Of a stretch of DNA of 64,000 nucleotides, positions 1-9,275 are shown piece after piece. The translations under genes were made by a program, and so were the position numbers. This DNA comes from an uncultured Elusimicrobia bacterium. Lineage in GTDB: Bacteria > Elusimicrobiota > Elusimicrobia > 2-01-FULL-59-12. The first letter of the stretch is position 1, and every line of letters begins with the position of its first letter. Under the pieces are notes generated by a model that searched no databases, had not been told where the DNA came from, and worked only from the letters and a program-made list of their open reading frames with translations. Location of the stretch: contig OY969767.1 in NCBI GenBank assembly GCA_963702895.1, positions 2,176,001 through 2,240,000 of the forward strand. The letters run 5' to 3'.

Positions 1-19
1 TCTACAGGCACCCCGCACT

Positions 20-493
20 ATGCCAAATCAATCGTTCATCACCCGCAAGGGCTACGACAAGCTTCAGAAAGACCTTGAGGGGCTCAAGAAGAAGCGTCCT
101 CTCATCGCGAAGACGATTCAGGAAGCGCGCGAAAAGGGCGATCTCAAGGAGAACGCGGAGTACCATGCCGCCAAAGAAGAGGCGGCCCATAATCAGCGCC
201 GCATTCATGAGATTGAAGTGAAGCTCAGCGGGGCGCGGATCCTGGAGGACCAGGGCGAGATCCCTTCGGACAAAGCCTACATCGGGGCGACCGTCGCGGT
301 GAAAGACGATGCCGGTGAAGAGATGCTCTTTACCCTGGTCGATACCGCGGAGTCTGATCCGTCCAGCGGAATGATTTCCATTTCTTCGCCGATTGGCCAG
401 GCTTTGCTCGGCCAGCCCGAGGGAGTCAAGGTGAAAGTTCCCGTCGGCAAAGCCGGCTACTTCCTTCACATCCTCAAGATTACACGCGACTAA
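20..493 (+). CDS. greA: Transcription elongation factor GreA
   Basis: 157 aa with AREKGDLKENAEYHAAKE and ISISSPIGQALLG motifs. Confidence 0.96.
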   Translation: MPNQSFITRKGYDKLQKDLEGLKKKRPLIAKTIQEAREKGDLKENAEYHAAKEEAAHNQRRIHEIEVKLSGARILEDQGEIPSDKAYIGATVAVKDDAGEEMLFTLVDTAESDPSSGMISISSPIGQALLGQPEGVKVKVPVGKAGYFLHILKITRD

Positions 494-520
494 CCGAATC
501 CACAGCGGCGGCAGACTACA

Positions 521-607
521 GTAACGGGGTATCGGGGTATCGGTGTAATGGCTGTGACTCCGTTACTCCGTTACTCCGGTACTCCGATACCCCGGTACTC
601 CGATACG
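521..607. repeat. Inverted arms of 8-nt tandem repeats between convergent genes
   Basis: GTAACGGG GTATCGGG GTATCGGT followed by ACTCCGTT ACTCCGTT ACTCCGGT ACTCCGAT ACCCCGGT ACTCCGAT. Confidence 0.85.
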
Positions 608-678
608 GGACTATACCAGTGCCAACGCTCCGGAGTGCCGACGTTCTATCTCAGGGGTGACGACCTAACGAATGACGG

Positions 679-1074
679 CTAGCGGGCGCCCGTGCGGTAA
701 AGATCAATGCGGTCCTGGGCGACTTTGGCGTGTTGGCCCTCGGGGTACTTCTCGAGATAGGCCTGGTAGCCTTCAATCAAGATTTCCCTCGACACGCCGG
801 GCGTATCCTGGAGGCATTGCAGGTAAGAAAAATAAGATTTTTCCGCGAGGGGATGCTGGGGATAGTTCTGGGCAACCCGAAGAAAATAGGTCGTCGCCTC
901 CTGAAGATTCTGCATGAGGTAATAGCCTTGGCCGATATAATACGTGGCCCGCATCACGCCTTTTTCCTTCCGGTGCCGGTCCAGATAAGACAAAACCTTC
1001 CCGTTCTGGAGGACATCGTTGAAATAAATCATGCCTCCCATGAGGAGCGCGAAAAAAAGTGCAATGCTTTTCAC
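679..1074 (-). CDS. Membrane-anchored TPR-like protein (BamD/YbgF-like)
   Basis: N-terminal hydrophobic segment; helical repeats such as ATYYIGQGYY, VAQNYPQHPLAEKS, YLEKYPEGQHAKVA; overlaps the MFS stop codon. Confidence 0.7.
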   Translation of the reverse strand: MKSIALFFALLMGGMIYFNDVLQNGKVLSYLDRHRKEKGVMRATYYIGQGYYLMQNLQEATTYFLRVAQNYPQHPLAEKSYFSYLQCLQDTPGVSREILIEGYQAYLEKYPEGQHAKVAQDRIDLYRTGAR

Positions 1075-2288
1075 GTGGTTTGTACTTTAGCAAACTTCGA
1101 AAAGTAAATACAGACGACCAGAAGCCCCAACATACACGCCATGCCCAAGAGCGCCCAGGGGACGCCCCAGAGCCAGGCGAGCCACCCCCCTAAGAGGTTC
1201 CCGACAGGCATCAACCCCCCAAAGGCGAAAACAAAAAGACCCATCGCGCTTCCCCGCATATGCTCCAGGACTGTGCTTTGAATCAGGCCGTTGACCACCG
1301 AGGCAAAGCTCACCATGGAAAACCCGGCAAGGAACAGAAACACCATACATAGGAGCGTGTCCCTTGAAAACGAGAATCCCATGAGAGAGACGATGAAAAG
1401 CAGCACGCCTTTGATCGCGAAGCGCTCCTTGCCAGGGAACTCCCCGAGGTAGGCCACCAAAAAGCCGCCGGCCACAGCCCCGACTCCGAAAGAAGCCATC
1501 AGCGCCCCGAGACCCGAAGGATCAAGGTGTAACACCTGGCGCGCGAAAGCGGGAAGAAGGGTGACCATCGGCACGCCGAAGATACTCGTTAAGCCGAGGA
1601 TCACAAGCAGCCAGAACAAATGCTTTTGGGCCTTCATGTAGGAGAGGGCCTCCCGGAAGTGCAGAAGGAACCCTCGTTCAGGCATCTCAGGGCTTCGGCG
1701 GTTGATCGGGACATGAATGCTCGCCAAGGCTACCAGGACCGCTAGAAAGCTGAGCGCGTTCACGTAAAAACAGCCGGCTGTACCAAAATATTTCAGCCCC
1801 AGGGCCCCCACGACAGGGCCGATGGTGCGGGCAAGGTTGAATTGGGCGGAATTTAAGGCAATCGCGTTGGAGAGGTGTTCACGTTCGGCGACGTTCGCCA
1901 TGACGGCCTGGTAAACCGGCCAGGCGACCGACTGCGCGACCCCGCCCAGAAAGGCGAGCAAAATGATGTGCCACACTTTTATGAGGTGGAACTGCGTCAA
2001 GGCTCCCAACACCAGAGCCAGGACCAGCATCACCCACTGCGTGAGGACGAGCATTCGCTTGCGGTCCATGCGGTCCGCCACAACACCGCCAAAGAAAGAA
2101 AGAAAGGAAAGCGGGATGGTGTTGGCAAAAGCCTCGAGGCCCAGATAGAAAGGAGAATGGGTGAGGTCCAGGATCAGCCAGGAAAGCGCCAGCGCCTGCA
2201 TCCAACTGCCGATGTTCGAAAGGAAGGCGCCGGCGATGAAATACCGGAATTGCTTGTGGTGGAGCGCCGCGAAAAGTCGAGAACTCAT
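1071..2288 (-). CDS. MFS transporter (MFS_3-like)
   Basis: About 12 hydrophobic segments; GGVVADRMDRKR motif A; NAIALNSAQFNLARTIGP; start placed at ATG 2288 to avoid overlapping rplA. Confidence 0.92.
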   Translation of the reverse strand: MSSRLFAALHHKQFRYFIAGAFLSNIGSWMQALALSWLILDLTHSPFYLGLEAFANTIPLSFLSFFGGVVADRMDRKRMLVLTQWVMLVLALVLGALTQFHLIKVWHIILLAFLGGVAQSVAWPVYQAVMANVAEREHLSNAIALNSAQFNLARTIGPVVGALGLKYFGTAGCFYVNALSFLAVLVALASIHVPINRRSPEMPERGFLLHFREALSYMKAQKHLFWLLVILGLTSIFGVPMVTLLPAFARQVLHLDPSGLGALMASFGVGAVAGGFLVAYLGEFPGKERFAIKGVLLFIVSLMGFSFSRDTLLCMVFLFLAGFSMVSFASVVNGLIQSTVLEHMRGSAMGLFVFAFGGLMPVGNLLGGWLAWLWGVPWALLGMACMLGLLVVCIYFSKFAKVQTT

Positions 2289-2319
2289 CTCAAAACCGAG
2301 AAAGGAGTTCGATCCAGAT

Positions 2320-3012
2320 TTATTCGAACTTCTGAGCGGGATCGACCTTAATGCCGGGGCCCATGGTCGAGCAAAGCGTGACACTTTGCATGTAGTGGCC
2401 TTTGGCGGCCGCGGGCTTGGCGTGCAGGATGGCATGAAGGACGGCCTTGGCGTTGTCTGCGATTTTTTCAGGGGCAAAACTGGCTTTCCCCAGCGCCACG
2501 TGCGTGATGCCGGTCGCGTCGAGCTTAAACTCCACGCGGCCCGCCTTGAGTTCTTTCACCGTGCGGCTGATATCAAACGTCACGGTCCCGGCTTTGGGGT
2601 TGGGCATGAGGCCTTTGGGGCCAAGCACCTTCCCGAGCTTCGAGAGGTCCTTCATCGCGTCGGGCGTGGCAACCAAAACATCAAAATCGAGCCACCCTTT
2701 GGAAATTTTCTCGATCACGTCCGCGTCCCCGGCGAGGTCCGCCCCCGCCGCCTGGGCTTCTTTGAGTTTCTCGCCCTTGGCCACCACCACCACGCGCTTG
2801 GATTGGCCTGAACCATGCGGCAGCACCACTGTCCCGCGCACATTTTGGTCCGATTGCTTGGGGTCGACGCCCAGCTTCACATGGATTTCGATCGTTTCAT
2901 CAAATTTGGCCGTGGCCGTTTTCTTCACCACAGCGGCCGCCTCCGCGACGTCATAGAGCTTGGCGCGGTCGTAGAGTTTCTGTTTTTCGAGGGCAGCGAG
3001 TCTTTTACCCAT
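2320..3012 (-). CDS. rplA: 50S ribosomal protein L1
   Basis: [29 protein letters not shown] motifs. Confidence 0.98.
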   Translation of the reverse strand: MGKRLAALEKQKLYDRAKLYDVAEAAAVVKKTATAKFDETIEIHVKLGVDPKQSDQNVRGTVVLPHGSGQSKRVVVVAKGEKLKEAQAAGADLAGDADVIEKISKGWLDFDVLVATPDAMKDLSKLGKVLGPKGLMPNPKAGTVTFDISRTVKELKAGRVEFKLDATGITHVALGKASFAPEKIADNAKAVLHAILHAKPAAAKGHYMQSVTLCSTMGPGIKVDPAQKFE

Positions 3013-3023
3013 AAAGGTATCCC

Positions 3024-3452
3024 TTACCCGATCTCAATGCCCATGCTGCGGGCGGTCCCTTTGACCATGCGAACGGCGGCCTCAAGGCTATTGGCGTTCA
3101 AGTCCGGCATTTTCTGTTTGGCCACTTCTTCGGCCTGTTTCAGAGTGATCTTGGCGACCTTGTTGCGGTTCGGTTCCCCAGACCCTTTGGCCAGCCCTGC
3201 GGCTTTCTTCAGGAGCGCCGACACCGGCGGCATTTTGGTGATAAACGTGAACGAACGGTCCTCAAAGATGGTGATGACCGCCGGAATGATCATCCCCGGC
3301 TCGCTCGACTTGGTCTTCTCATTGAACTGTTTGCAGAAATCCATGATGTTCACACCGTGCTGGCCGAGCGCGGGGCCCACCGGCGGCGCGGGATTGGCGG
3401 CGCCCGCGGGAATTTGAAGCTTAATGACGGTTTTAACTTTTTTAGGCGGCAT
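3024..3452 (-). CDS. rplK: 50S ribosomal protein L11
   Basis: [31 protein letters not shown]. Confidence 0.98.
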   Translation of the reverse strand: MPPKKVKTVIKLQIPAGAANPAPPVGPALGQHGVNIMDFCKQFNEKTKSSEPGMIIPAVITIFEDRSFTFITKMPPVSALLKKAAGLAKGSGEPNRNKVAKITLKQAEEVAKQKMPDLNANSLEAAVRMVKGTARSMGIEIG

Positions 3453-3985
3453 TACAGTTTCTCCACTTGCAAGAAATCAAGCTCAACAGGAGTGGGCCGG
3501 CCGAAAATCGACACCATGACCTTGAGTTTCCCGCGTTCCTCGTTGACCTCTTCGACAATCCCAATGAAGTGCCGGAACGGGCCATCGATAATTCGCACGT
3601 TTTCTTCTTTGCCGAAGGTCACGGCGGGTCGTGGCTTATGTTGCGGCTGGGCGGTGGCCAGGTCCAAAAGGTTTTGGATCTCCGCCTCGGGAAGCGGGAT
3701 GGGCTTATTTCCCCCCAGAAAACCCGTCACGCCCGGCGTATTTCGAATGGTCCAGTAGGTCTCGTTGTCGACCATCATGTCCACCATGACGTAGCCCGGG
3801 AAAAACTTGCGCTTCTTGACCTGTTTCTTGTTGCGCTTGATCTCCATCACTTCTTCGGTGGGGATCAAAACCTTATGGATCTTCCCTTGGAGACCGAGGT
3901 TCTCGATGGTCTTTTCCAAAGAGGCCTTCACCCGGTCCTCATGGCCGGAATAGGTATGGATGACGTACCAACCGCGATCACTCAT
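3452..3985 (-). CDS. nusG: Transcription termination/antitermination factor NusG
   Basis: [18 protein letters not shown] domain, [11 protein letters not shown]; start at ATG 3985 (alternative 4003). Confidence 0.97.
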   Translation of the reverse strand: MSDRGWYVIHTYSGHEDRVKASLEKTIENLGLQGKIHKVLIPTEEVMEIKRNKKQVKKRKFFPGYVMVDMMVDNETYWTIRNTPGVTGFLGGNKPIPLPEAEIQNLLDLATAQPQHKPRPAVTFGKEENVRIIDGPFRHFIGIVEEVNEERGKLKVMVSIFGRPTPVELDFLQVEKL

Positions 3986-4008
3986 CGTTTGTACCTGACT
4001 CAATTTCT

Positions 4009-4197
4009 TTATCCAATTCGAAACAAAATACCGGCCAGAAAAAGCAACACCCGGTCAATCACCGAGACAAAAGCGGCCATGATCAGCGTCAGAATGATCA
4101 CGATCACCGTCGAGCCGATCATCTGCTGACGGGAGAGCCAAGTCGAGAGCTTGAGCTCTTGGAAGGCATCCTGAAAAAACCGAATTAACTTGTTCAT
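4009..4197 (-). CDS. secE: Preprotein translocase SecE
   Basis: FFQDAFQELKLSTW plus one TM helix; located between tRNA-Trp and nusG. Confidence 0.9.
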   Translation of the reverse strand: MNKLIRFFQDAFQELKLSTWLSRQQMIGSTVIVIILTLIMAAFVSVIDRVLLFLAGILFRIG

Positions 4198-4204
4198 AAT
4201 CACA

Positions 4205-4279
4205 ACTCAGAGATCTCAACTCAGAGCTCAGAGACCCCTCTGCGCTCCTCTTTCTGCTCTCTGCTTTCTGCTTTCTGCC
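4205..4279. repeat. Heptamer repeats (CTCAGAG and TTCTGCT families)
   Basis: actcagag/gctcagag units, then ttctgct ctctgct ttctgct ttctgcc. Confidence 0.7.
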
Positions 4280-4342
4280 CGCGCTTCCACAATTCCTATA
4301 ACGCGCAGGCACCGCAGGTCGTTAGCGGTGCTCTGCCGTAAA

Positions 4343-4417
4343 TGGCGGGGGAAGAGGGACTTGAACCCCCAGTCCAGGTTTTGGAGACCCGTGGTTTACC
4401 AATTAACCGATTCCCCC
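4343..4417 (-). tRNA. tRNA-Trp (CCA)
   Basis: Cloverleaf GGGGGAA...CT CCA AA...GGTTCAAGTCC...TTCCCCC G CCA. Confidence 0.95.
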
Positions 4418-4427
4418 AAAACGCCCC

Positions 4428-4496
4428 AGCTCAGAACTCAGGACTCAGAGCTCAGAGAGTGCCTTCAAAACAATATTTCTGAGCTCTGAGTTGAGT
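4428..4496. repeat. Inverted heptamer repeat arms (CTCAGAR / YTCTGAG)
   Basis: ctcagaa ctcagga ctcagag ctcagag ... ttctgag ctctgag. Confidence 0.75.
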
Positions 4497-4828
4497 CGTA
4501 CCAAAAAAAACGCCCCCTCTTCAGGGAGCGAGGGACATGGTACCAAATCAAAAATCAGAAAGCAAAGAGCAAAAAGGGGCCCAAAAGCTCCGGTAATTTT
4601 CTGCAGCGCTGCGTTTTGACGTAGGCCACACATAGGTCCCAATTTTTCACCGCTCGGTCGCCGCGGCGACCAGGTTTCTCGCCTGCTTCGGGTACCCTTG
4701 GCTTCCCTCGGAGGCGGTTCAGACTACCGTCTGATCAATTGTCGGCCTTTTGCGGCAGTTTTCGCCGCTCCGACCCTCTGTTCGGTTCTTTCCCTCCGTC
4801 GATGCCTTCGGTGTCGCCGTCCCGTCAA

Positions 4829-6148
4829 TCAACCGGTAGACGCGATCACCACAGACAGCCCCAACACGCCATAGCGCGCCTCTTCAAAAACCCGCCGGAA
4901 CGGGTAGTTTTCCGGAATCTTTAACCACAGATAGCGCGACTTCCGGCACACTGTCCCGGCCAAGCGGATCAGCCGGTGCCGCAGCGTCTGGATCGTGAAG
5001 CTCTGCCAGGCTTTCGGCAGAACCAAATGCTTGAAGGCTGCCGTGACCACCGACGCCAACATCGCGATCTGGAAATAGGCGGCATTGGCCATAAAATCCC
5101 GGCACGGCAGCTTGGATAATCCAAACCCACCCTCGCTCTTCATCTCCCGGTTCACGTTCTCCGACCCATCCTGCCGGTTACGGTGAAATTGCAGAACCAA
5201 TCCCGGTTCCCATGTGAACCGCGTCGCCACCGCATGGTATTCAAAGTGCTCCTTATCGAAAAGCTCGCCTTGCGGCTCCTGCTGCCAGCGCACCACGACC
5301 AACCGAAATGCGGCGATATCCTTGTCCGCCTCCCCAAAAGCATGCACCGTCTCGGCAATCTCAGATCCCTTATGGGGATAGACCGGCGAGTTGTACTTCT
5401 TCCAGGCCTTCTCCGGAATCGACCGAATCGCTTCCAAAACGGCATCATCCTTGCGCGCCGTGATGGTGAAGTCCACCCCGGCCCGATCCAATTCCCGAAC
5501 CACCTTCGCCTGATACCCCGCGCTGTCTGAGCGCGCCCTCATCCGCAAACCGGAAAACTGCCGCAAGACCCGCCGCAACAAACTCGCCAGGTTCGCCATC
5601 GGGCTCGCATTGCCTGCCCGAAACGCCCCGGCCAGCGGCATCTTCAGCTCCGCGCAACTGACCATCACCGGACAATACCCTTCCAGTCCATCGTAATTCA
5701 TCAAGACGCCTTCCTTCTGTGACTCCAAAAAATAAGCGTCGATATCGATCGTCACAATAGACAGCTCGCAGGCCCGGATCACCTTCGCCGCCGTCTTGAG
5801 CTGGACCCATCCCAACCCATGAATCGTCTTGCGCCCAAAACGCCGAAGAAATTCGCCCAACGTGTTCGCTGCCGGAAAATCCCCCAGCAAGCGCCGTATC
5901 CCCTCGTCCCCTTGCAGCAGCCCGATGTCTTCGAGCGCTTCCCCGCCCGCCTGGATCGATCCCATCAACCCCAAAATACTCTCGGCAGGATCGTATCCCC
6001 GCGCCCGCTCCTTCACCGGCAGCGCATTGAGCCGCTCCTCCAACCCCAGGCTCCGTGCCGTCCCCAACAACAACGGCAGCCCTGCAAAACTCGTCACCGC
6101 TTGATCCGTCGTCGAGACCTTGTATACGTCCAAGTTCTTCAGTAACAT
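4829..6148 (-). mobile_element. IS1380-family DDE transposase (element ends not resolved)
   Basis: VTSFAGL, TIDIDA, FRAGNA, RSDSAGY, SENVNREMK, FMANAAYF, LRHRLIRLAG motifs typical of IS1380; start ATG 6148 or GTG 6175. Confidence 0.9.
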
Positions 6149-6331
6149 AAAAGCACCTCGCAGTTCAGATTCCACTCTGGCTTGCGAGGTATTTTATTGC
6201 CTCTGCGCGTCGCTGTAAAATCACGCGCTGCACCCTTTTTCAAAGCCTCCTGTGTTGACCCCTCATTTTTCACCCAATAAGTGAAACCCTTCGTCTTCGA
6301 TCCCGCCACCAACACCTACACCAAGGCCGTC

Positions 6332-6570
6332 GATGGATCCCCCGCTGACGGCCGCGGGGGATGACGTCAGGGGTGGCTTATCGGATTATTTGGGAAGGGG
6401 CAAACAAGGAGAGCCGGAGACAGGATCCTTCACACTGCTGTCATCCCGGCATGTCGTTAGCCGGGATCCATCATGTCTTTCAAGCCGATGATAGACCCCG
6501 TCCGCCACACGGCAGGGCGGACGGCCCGCCGGGTGTCTGGAGGGCCGGCTTACGACCGCCGGGGTGACGG
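6332..6570. repeat. Cluster of GTCATCCC...GGGATCCA REP-like palindromes, one carrying a double-hairpin insertion
   Basis: tggatcccccg...cgggggatgac; gtcatcccggc...gccgggatcca; agaccccg[47 nt]...ccggggtgac. Confidence 0.75.
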
Positions 6571-6618
6571 CCTAACTGAATTTTTCCTGCGAATCCAGTT
6601 GTTTCTCCGCGTCAGTTC

Positions 6619-6780
6619 TTAAGAAGACGACTTCGTCTCTTTATGGACGGTATGCTTCCCGCAAGCGCGGCAGAATTTCTTGACTTCCACCTTATACTCT
6701 TTACGCTTGCCGCGCGAAAAGTGGTAGTTCTTGTTCTTACAGTCTGCGCAAGCCACGATAATCGATATTCTCTCAGCCAT
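6619..6780 (-). CDS. rpmG: 50S ribosomal protein L33 (Zn-binding form)
   Basis: Hand translation MAERISIIVACADCKNKNYHFSRGKRKEYKVEVKKFCRACGKHTVHKETKSSS; below the ORF-track length cutoff; lies downstream of tuf. Confidence 0.93.
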   Translation of the reverse strand: MAERISIIVACADCKNKNYHFSRGKRKEYKVEVKKFCRACGKHTVHKETKSSS

Positions 6781-6786
6781 AAATTC

Positions 6787-6882
6787 AGTTCCTAGTTCCT
6801 AGTTCCTGGTTCCTGGTTTTAAATGCCCAGTTCCCTGTCTTTGCACCATTCGCATTGAACTAGGAACCAGAAACTAGAAACT
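6787..6882. repeat. Inverted heptamer repeat arms (AGTTCCT / AGGAACY)
   Basis: agttcct agttcct agttcct ggttcct ... aact aggaacc agaaact agaaact. Confidence 0.8.
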
Positions 6883-6886
6883 TATC

Positions 6887-8083
6887 TTAAGCAATGACTT
6901 CTGTAACGACTCCGGCGCCGACGGTGTGGCCGCCTTCACGAATCGCAAAGCGCACGCCCTTCTCCATCGCGATCGGCGTGATCAGCTCCGCGTCAAACTC
7001 AATGTTGTCCCCCGGCATCACCATCTCCACCCCGGGCTTCAAGGTGACGTTACCCGTGATGTCCGAGGTCCGAAAGTAAAACTGCGGCCGGTACCCTTTG
7101 AAAAAGGGCGTGTGACGCCCCCCTTCTTCCTTCGTCAGGATGTAGACGCTCGCCTTGAACTTCTTGTGCGGCGTGATCGACCCAGGCGCCGCCAGCACCT
7201 GCCCGCGCTCAATCTGGTCCTTCTCAATGCCCCGCAAGAGAATCCCCACGTTGTCCCCCGCGATGCACTCGTCCATCACCTTCCGAAACATCTCAATACC
7301 CGTGATCACGCTCTTCTTCGTGTCCTGAATCCCAATAATCTCCACGTTCTCGCCCACTTTGGCCTTGCCGCGCTCCACGCGCCCCGTCGCCACCGTCCCG
7401 CGGCCCGTGATCGAAAACACGTCCTCGACCGCCATCAAAAACGGCTTGTCCACCTCGCGCTTGGGCTCCGGGATGTTCGTGTCCAGGGCGTCAATGAGCT
7501 TCTTGATCGAGGCTTCCCCATACTCCCCTGCGTCGCCCGTCATGGCCTTGGTCGCGCTCCCCCGAATGACCGGTATCTTGTCCCCCGGAAACTCATACTT
7601 CGTGAGGAGCTCTCTGACTTCCATCTCCACCAAATCCAAGAGCTCCTTGTCTTCCACCAAATCACACTTGTTCATGTACACCACCAACGCCGGCACGTTC
7701 ACCTGCCGCGCCAAGAGCACATGCTCCCGCGTCTGCGGCATCGGCCCATCGGCCGCGCTCACCACCAGGACCGCCCCGTCCATCTGCGCGGCGCCTGTGA
7801 TCATGTTCTTGATGTAGTCGGCGTGGCCCGGGCAGTCGATGTGCGCGTAGTGGCGCTTCGCCGACTGGTACTCCACGTGGGAGACCGCCACCGTCAAAAT
7901 CTTCGAATCGTCCCGCACCACCCCGCCCTTGGCGATATCAGCATACGACTTGATCTCCGCCAGACCCTGCTTCGACAACACCTTCAAAATCGCCGTGGTG
8001 AGCGTCGTCTTCCCGTGGTCCACGTGCCCAATCGTCCCGACGTTCACGTGCGGCTTCGTGCGCTCAAATTTAGGTTTGGACAT
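6887..8083 (-). CDS. tuf: Elongation factor Tu
   Basis: [27 protein letters not shown]. Confidence 0.99.
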   Translation of the reverse strand: MSKPKFERTKPHVNVGTIGHVDHGKTTLTTAILKVLSKQGLAEIKSYADIAKGGVVRDDSKILTVAVSHVEYQSAKRHYAHIDCPGHADYIKNMITGAAQMDGAVLVVSAADGPMPQTREHVLLARQVNVPALVVYMNKCDLVEDKELLDLVEMEVRELLTKYEFPGDKIPVIRGSATKAMTGDAGEYGEASIKKLIDALDTNIPEPKREVDKPFLMAVEDVFSITGRGTVATGRVERGKAKVGENVEIIGIQDTKKSVITGIEMFRKVMDECIAGDNVGILLRGIEKDQIERGQVLAAPGSITPHKKFKASVYILTKEEGGRHTPFFKGYRPQFYFRTSDITGNVTLKPGVEMVMPGDNIEFDAELITPIAMEKGVRFAIREGGHTVGAGVVTEVIA

Positions 8084-8182
8084 ACTTACTCTCCTTGTTC
8101 GATGTCAGTGGTTGCCTGCCCAGCGTCAGGCAGGCGTTTATCCTACACAATTTACAGCCCAATTTTTACTTCAACAAAAATC

Positions 8183-8290
8183 AGCTGGGGATCGGGATCG
8201 TCCGCCACACATCCGGCGGACGAGCGCCTGATGTCTGGCGCTCGAACCGACGACCTGTCGCCAGACACCTGGCGACTGCTCTACCAACTG
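8183..8290 (-). pseudogene. Degenerate tRNA-Thr duplicate with hairpin insertions
   Basis: Colinear with the tRNA-Thr at 8333-8408, but with a 44-nt T-loop insertion, a replaced anticodon arm, and no 5' acceptor strand or CCA. Confidence 0.8.
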
Positions 8291-8332
8291 TCCCGTCCTC
8301 TATACTCGTCCGCCAGACGTCTGGCGAAAATA

Positions 8333-8408
8333 TGGAGCTGGGGATCGGGATTGAACCGACGACCTCCTCCTTACCAAGGAGGTGCTCTACCAACTGAGCT
8401 ACCCCAGC
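8333..8408 (-). tRNA. tRNA-Thr (GGT)
   Basis: GCTGGGG TAGCTCAGTTGGTAGAGC A CCTCC TT GGT AA GGAGG...GGTTCAATCC...CCCCAGC T CCA. Confidence 0.96.
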
Positions 8409-8528
8409 AAAAACGGCAAAGCAGAAATCAGCCCCACCCGCTTGTTAAGCTCGCGAATGCGAGCGAGAATGATGGGGCAGTCCCGACGATTATGCACTCG
8501 CTTTGCGAGTGTTATGCAGAGGACGGGA

Positions 8529-8647
8529 CAGAGAGCAGAAAGCAGAAATTTGGCATTGAGTCTCGTTTATAAAACAGCCGAGTCTTCGAGGCCGGCCCCA
8601 TCTCTGTACTCTGCATTCTGCTCTCTGCTCTCTGCTCTCTGCTCTGC
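8529..8647. repeat. Inverted heptamer repeat arms (AGCAGAR / YTCTGCT)
   Basis: cagagag cagaaag cagaaa ... ttctgct ctctgct ctctgct ctctgct. Confidence 0.8.
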
Positions 8648-8654
8648 CTCAAAG

Positions 8655-8865
8655 TGGAGCGGGTGATGGGAATCGTCCGCCACACACCTGGCGGACGAGC
8701 GCCCGTTGTGTGGCGCTCGAACCCGCTATGCGCTTAAGCGGGTGACCGGAATCGAACCGGCGTGTGCAGCTTGGAAGGCTGCCGTTCTACCATTGAACTA
8801 CACCCGCACCCGCTTAAGCGCATGCAGCTTGGAAGGCTGCCATTCTACCATTGAATTACTCCCGC
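8655..8865 (-). pseudogene. Interrupted outer tRNA-Gly (TCC)
   Basis: 5' half with TCC anticodon at about 8821-8865; 3' half with CCA at 8655-8727 carrying a 44-nt T-loop insertion; the halves are separated by a nested intact tRNA-Gly. Confidence 0.75.
8737..8807 (-). tRNA. tRNA-Gly (TCC), CCA not encoded
   Basis: GCGGGTG TAGTTCAATGGTAGAAC G GCAGC CT TCC AA GCTGC ACAC GCCGG TTCGATT CCGGT CACCCGC T. Confidence 0.92.
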
Positions 8866-9036
8866 TCAAGCGCGCCGAAGCAGCTTGCTCACCACCGAGA
8901 CTCTGGCGGGGCCACCATCGCCCCCGCTAAAAAACAGGAGAGCGAAGGTCGGTCCAGTGACGCACCATACGCACCCCTGAGGGGCTTGCGTATGGCCATC
9001 ATCCAGAGGAACAGGAACTGATGGTCGGACCGATGG

Positions 9037-9056
9037 TACCATTGAACTACACCCGC
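9037..9056 (-). pseudogene. 20-nt 5' fragment of tRNA-Gly
   Basis: GCGGGTGTAGTTCAATGGTA, identical to the first 20 nt of the intact tRNA-Gly. Confidence 0.75.
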
Positions 9057-9169
9057 AAAATCGAATGAAACCTACCACGACGGCATGGCTTTGAAAACGA
9101 ATAGAAGAAGTTCCCTGCCGGCGGGTGAAACTATATCAAATCAGAAGGACGGCGCTCACGAGTCGAATG

Positions 9170-9260
9170 GGAGTATCGGGGTATCGGGGTCACGGCCAAC
9201 GGCGTGAATGGTCAATGGTCAATAGTGAATGGTTGAGAAAACTATTGACCATTCACTATT
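9170..9260. repeat. 8-mer (GTATCGGG) and inverted 7-mer (AATGGTC / GACCATT) repeats downstream of the array
   Basis: gagtatcggggtatcgggg; aatggtc aatggtc aatagtg aatggt ... actatt gaccatt cactatt. Confidence 0.7.
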
Positions 9261-9275
9261 TACGACGTCTGCCGT

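Noticed and set aside
6380..6600. Candidate IS1380 terminal inverted repeats
   Set aside because: No matching partner found on the other side of the transposase.
8420..8530. Nested hairpins between tRNA-Thr and tRNA-Gly as an ncRNA
   Set aside because: Structured but single-copy here, with no family motif I can recognise.
6926..8572. 548-aa plus-strand ORF
   Set aside because: Antisense shadow of tuf and tRNA-Thr; no recognisable protein features.
8866..9036. Spacer between tRNA-Gly fragments as a self-splicing intron
   Set aside because: Short, no recognisable group I/II core, and it is followed by a new 5' end rather than the continuing exon.
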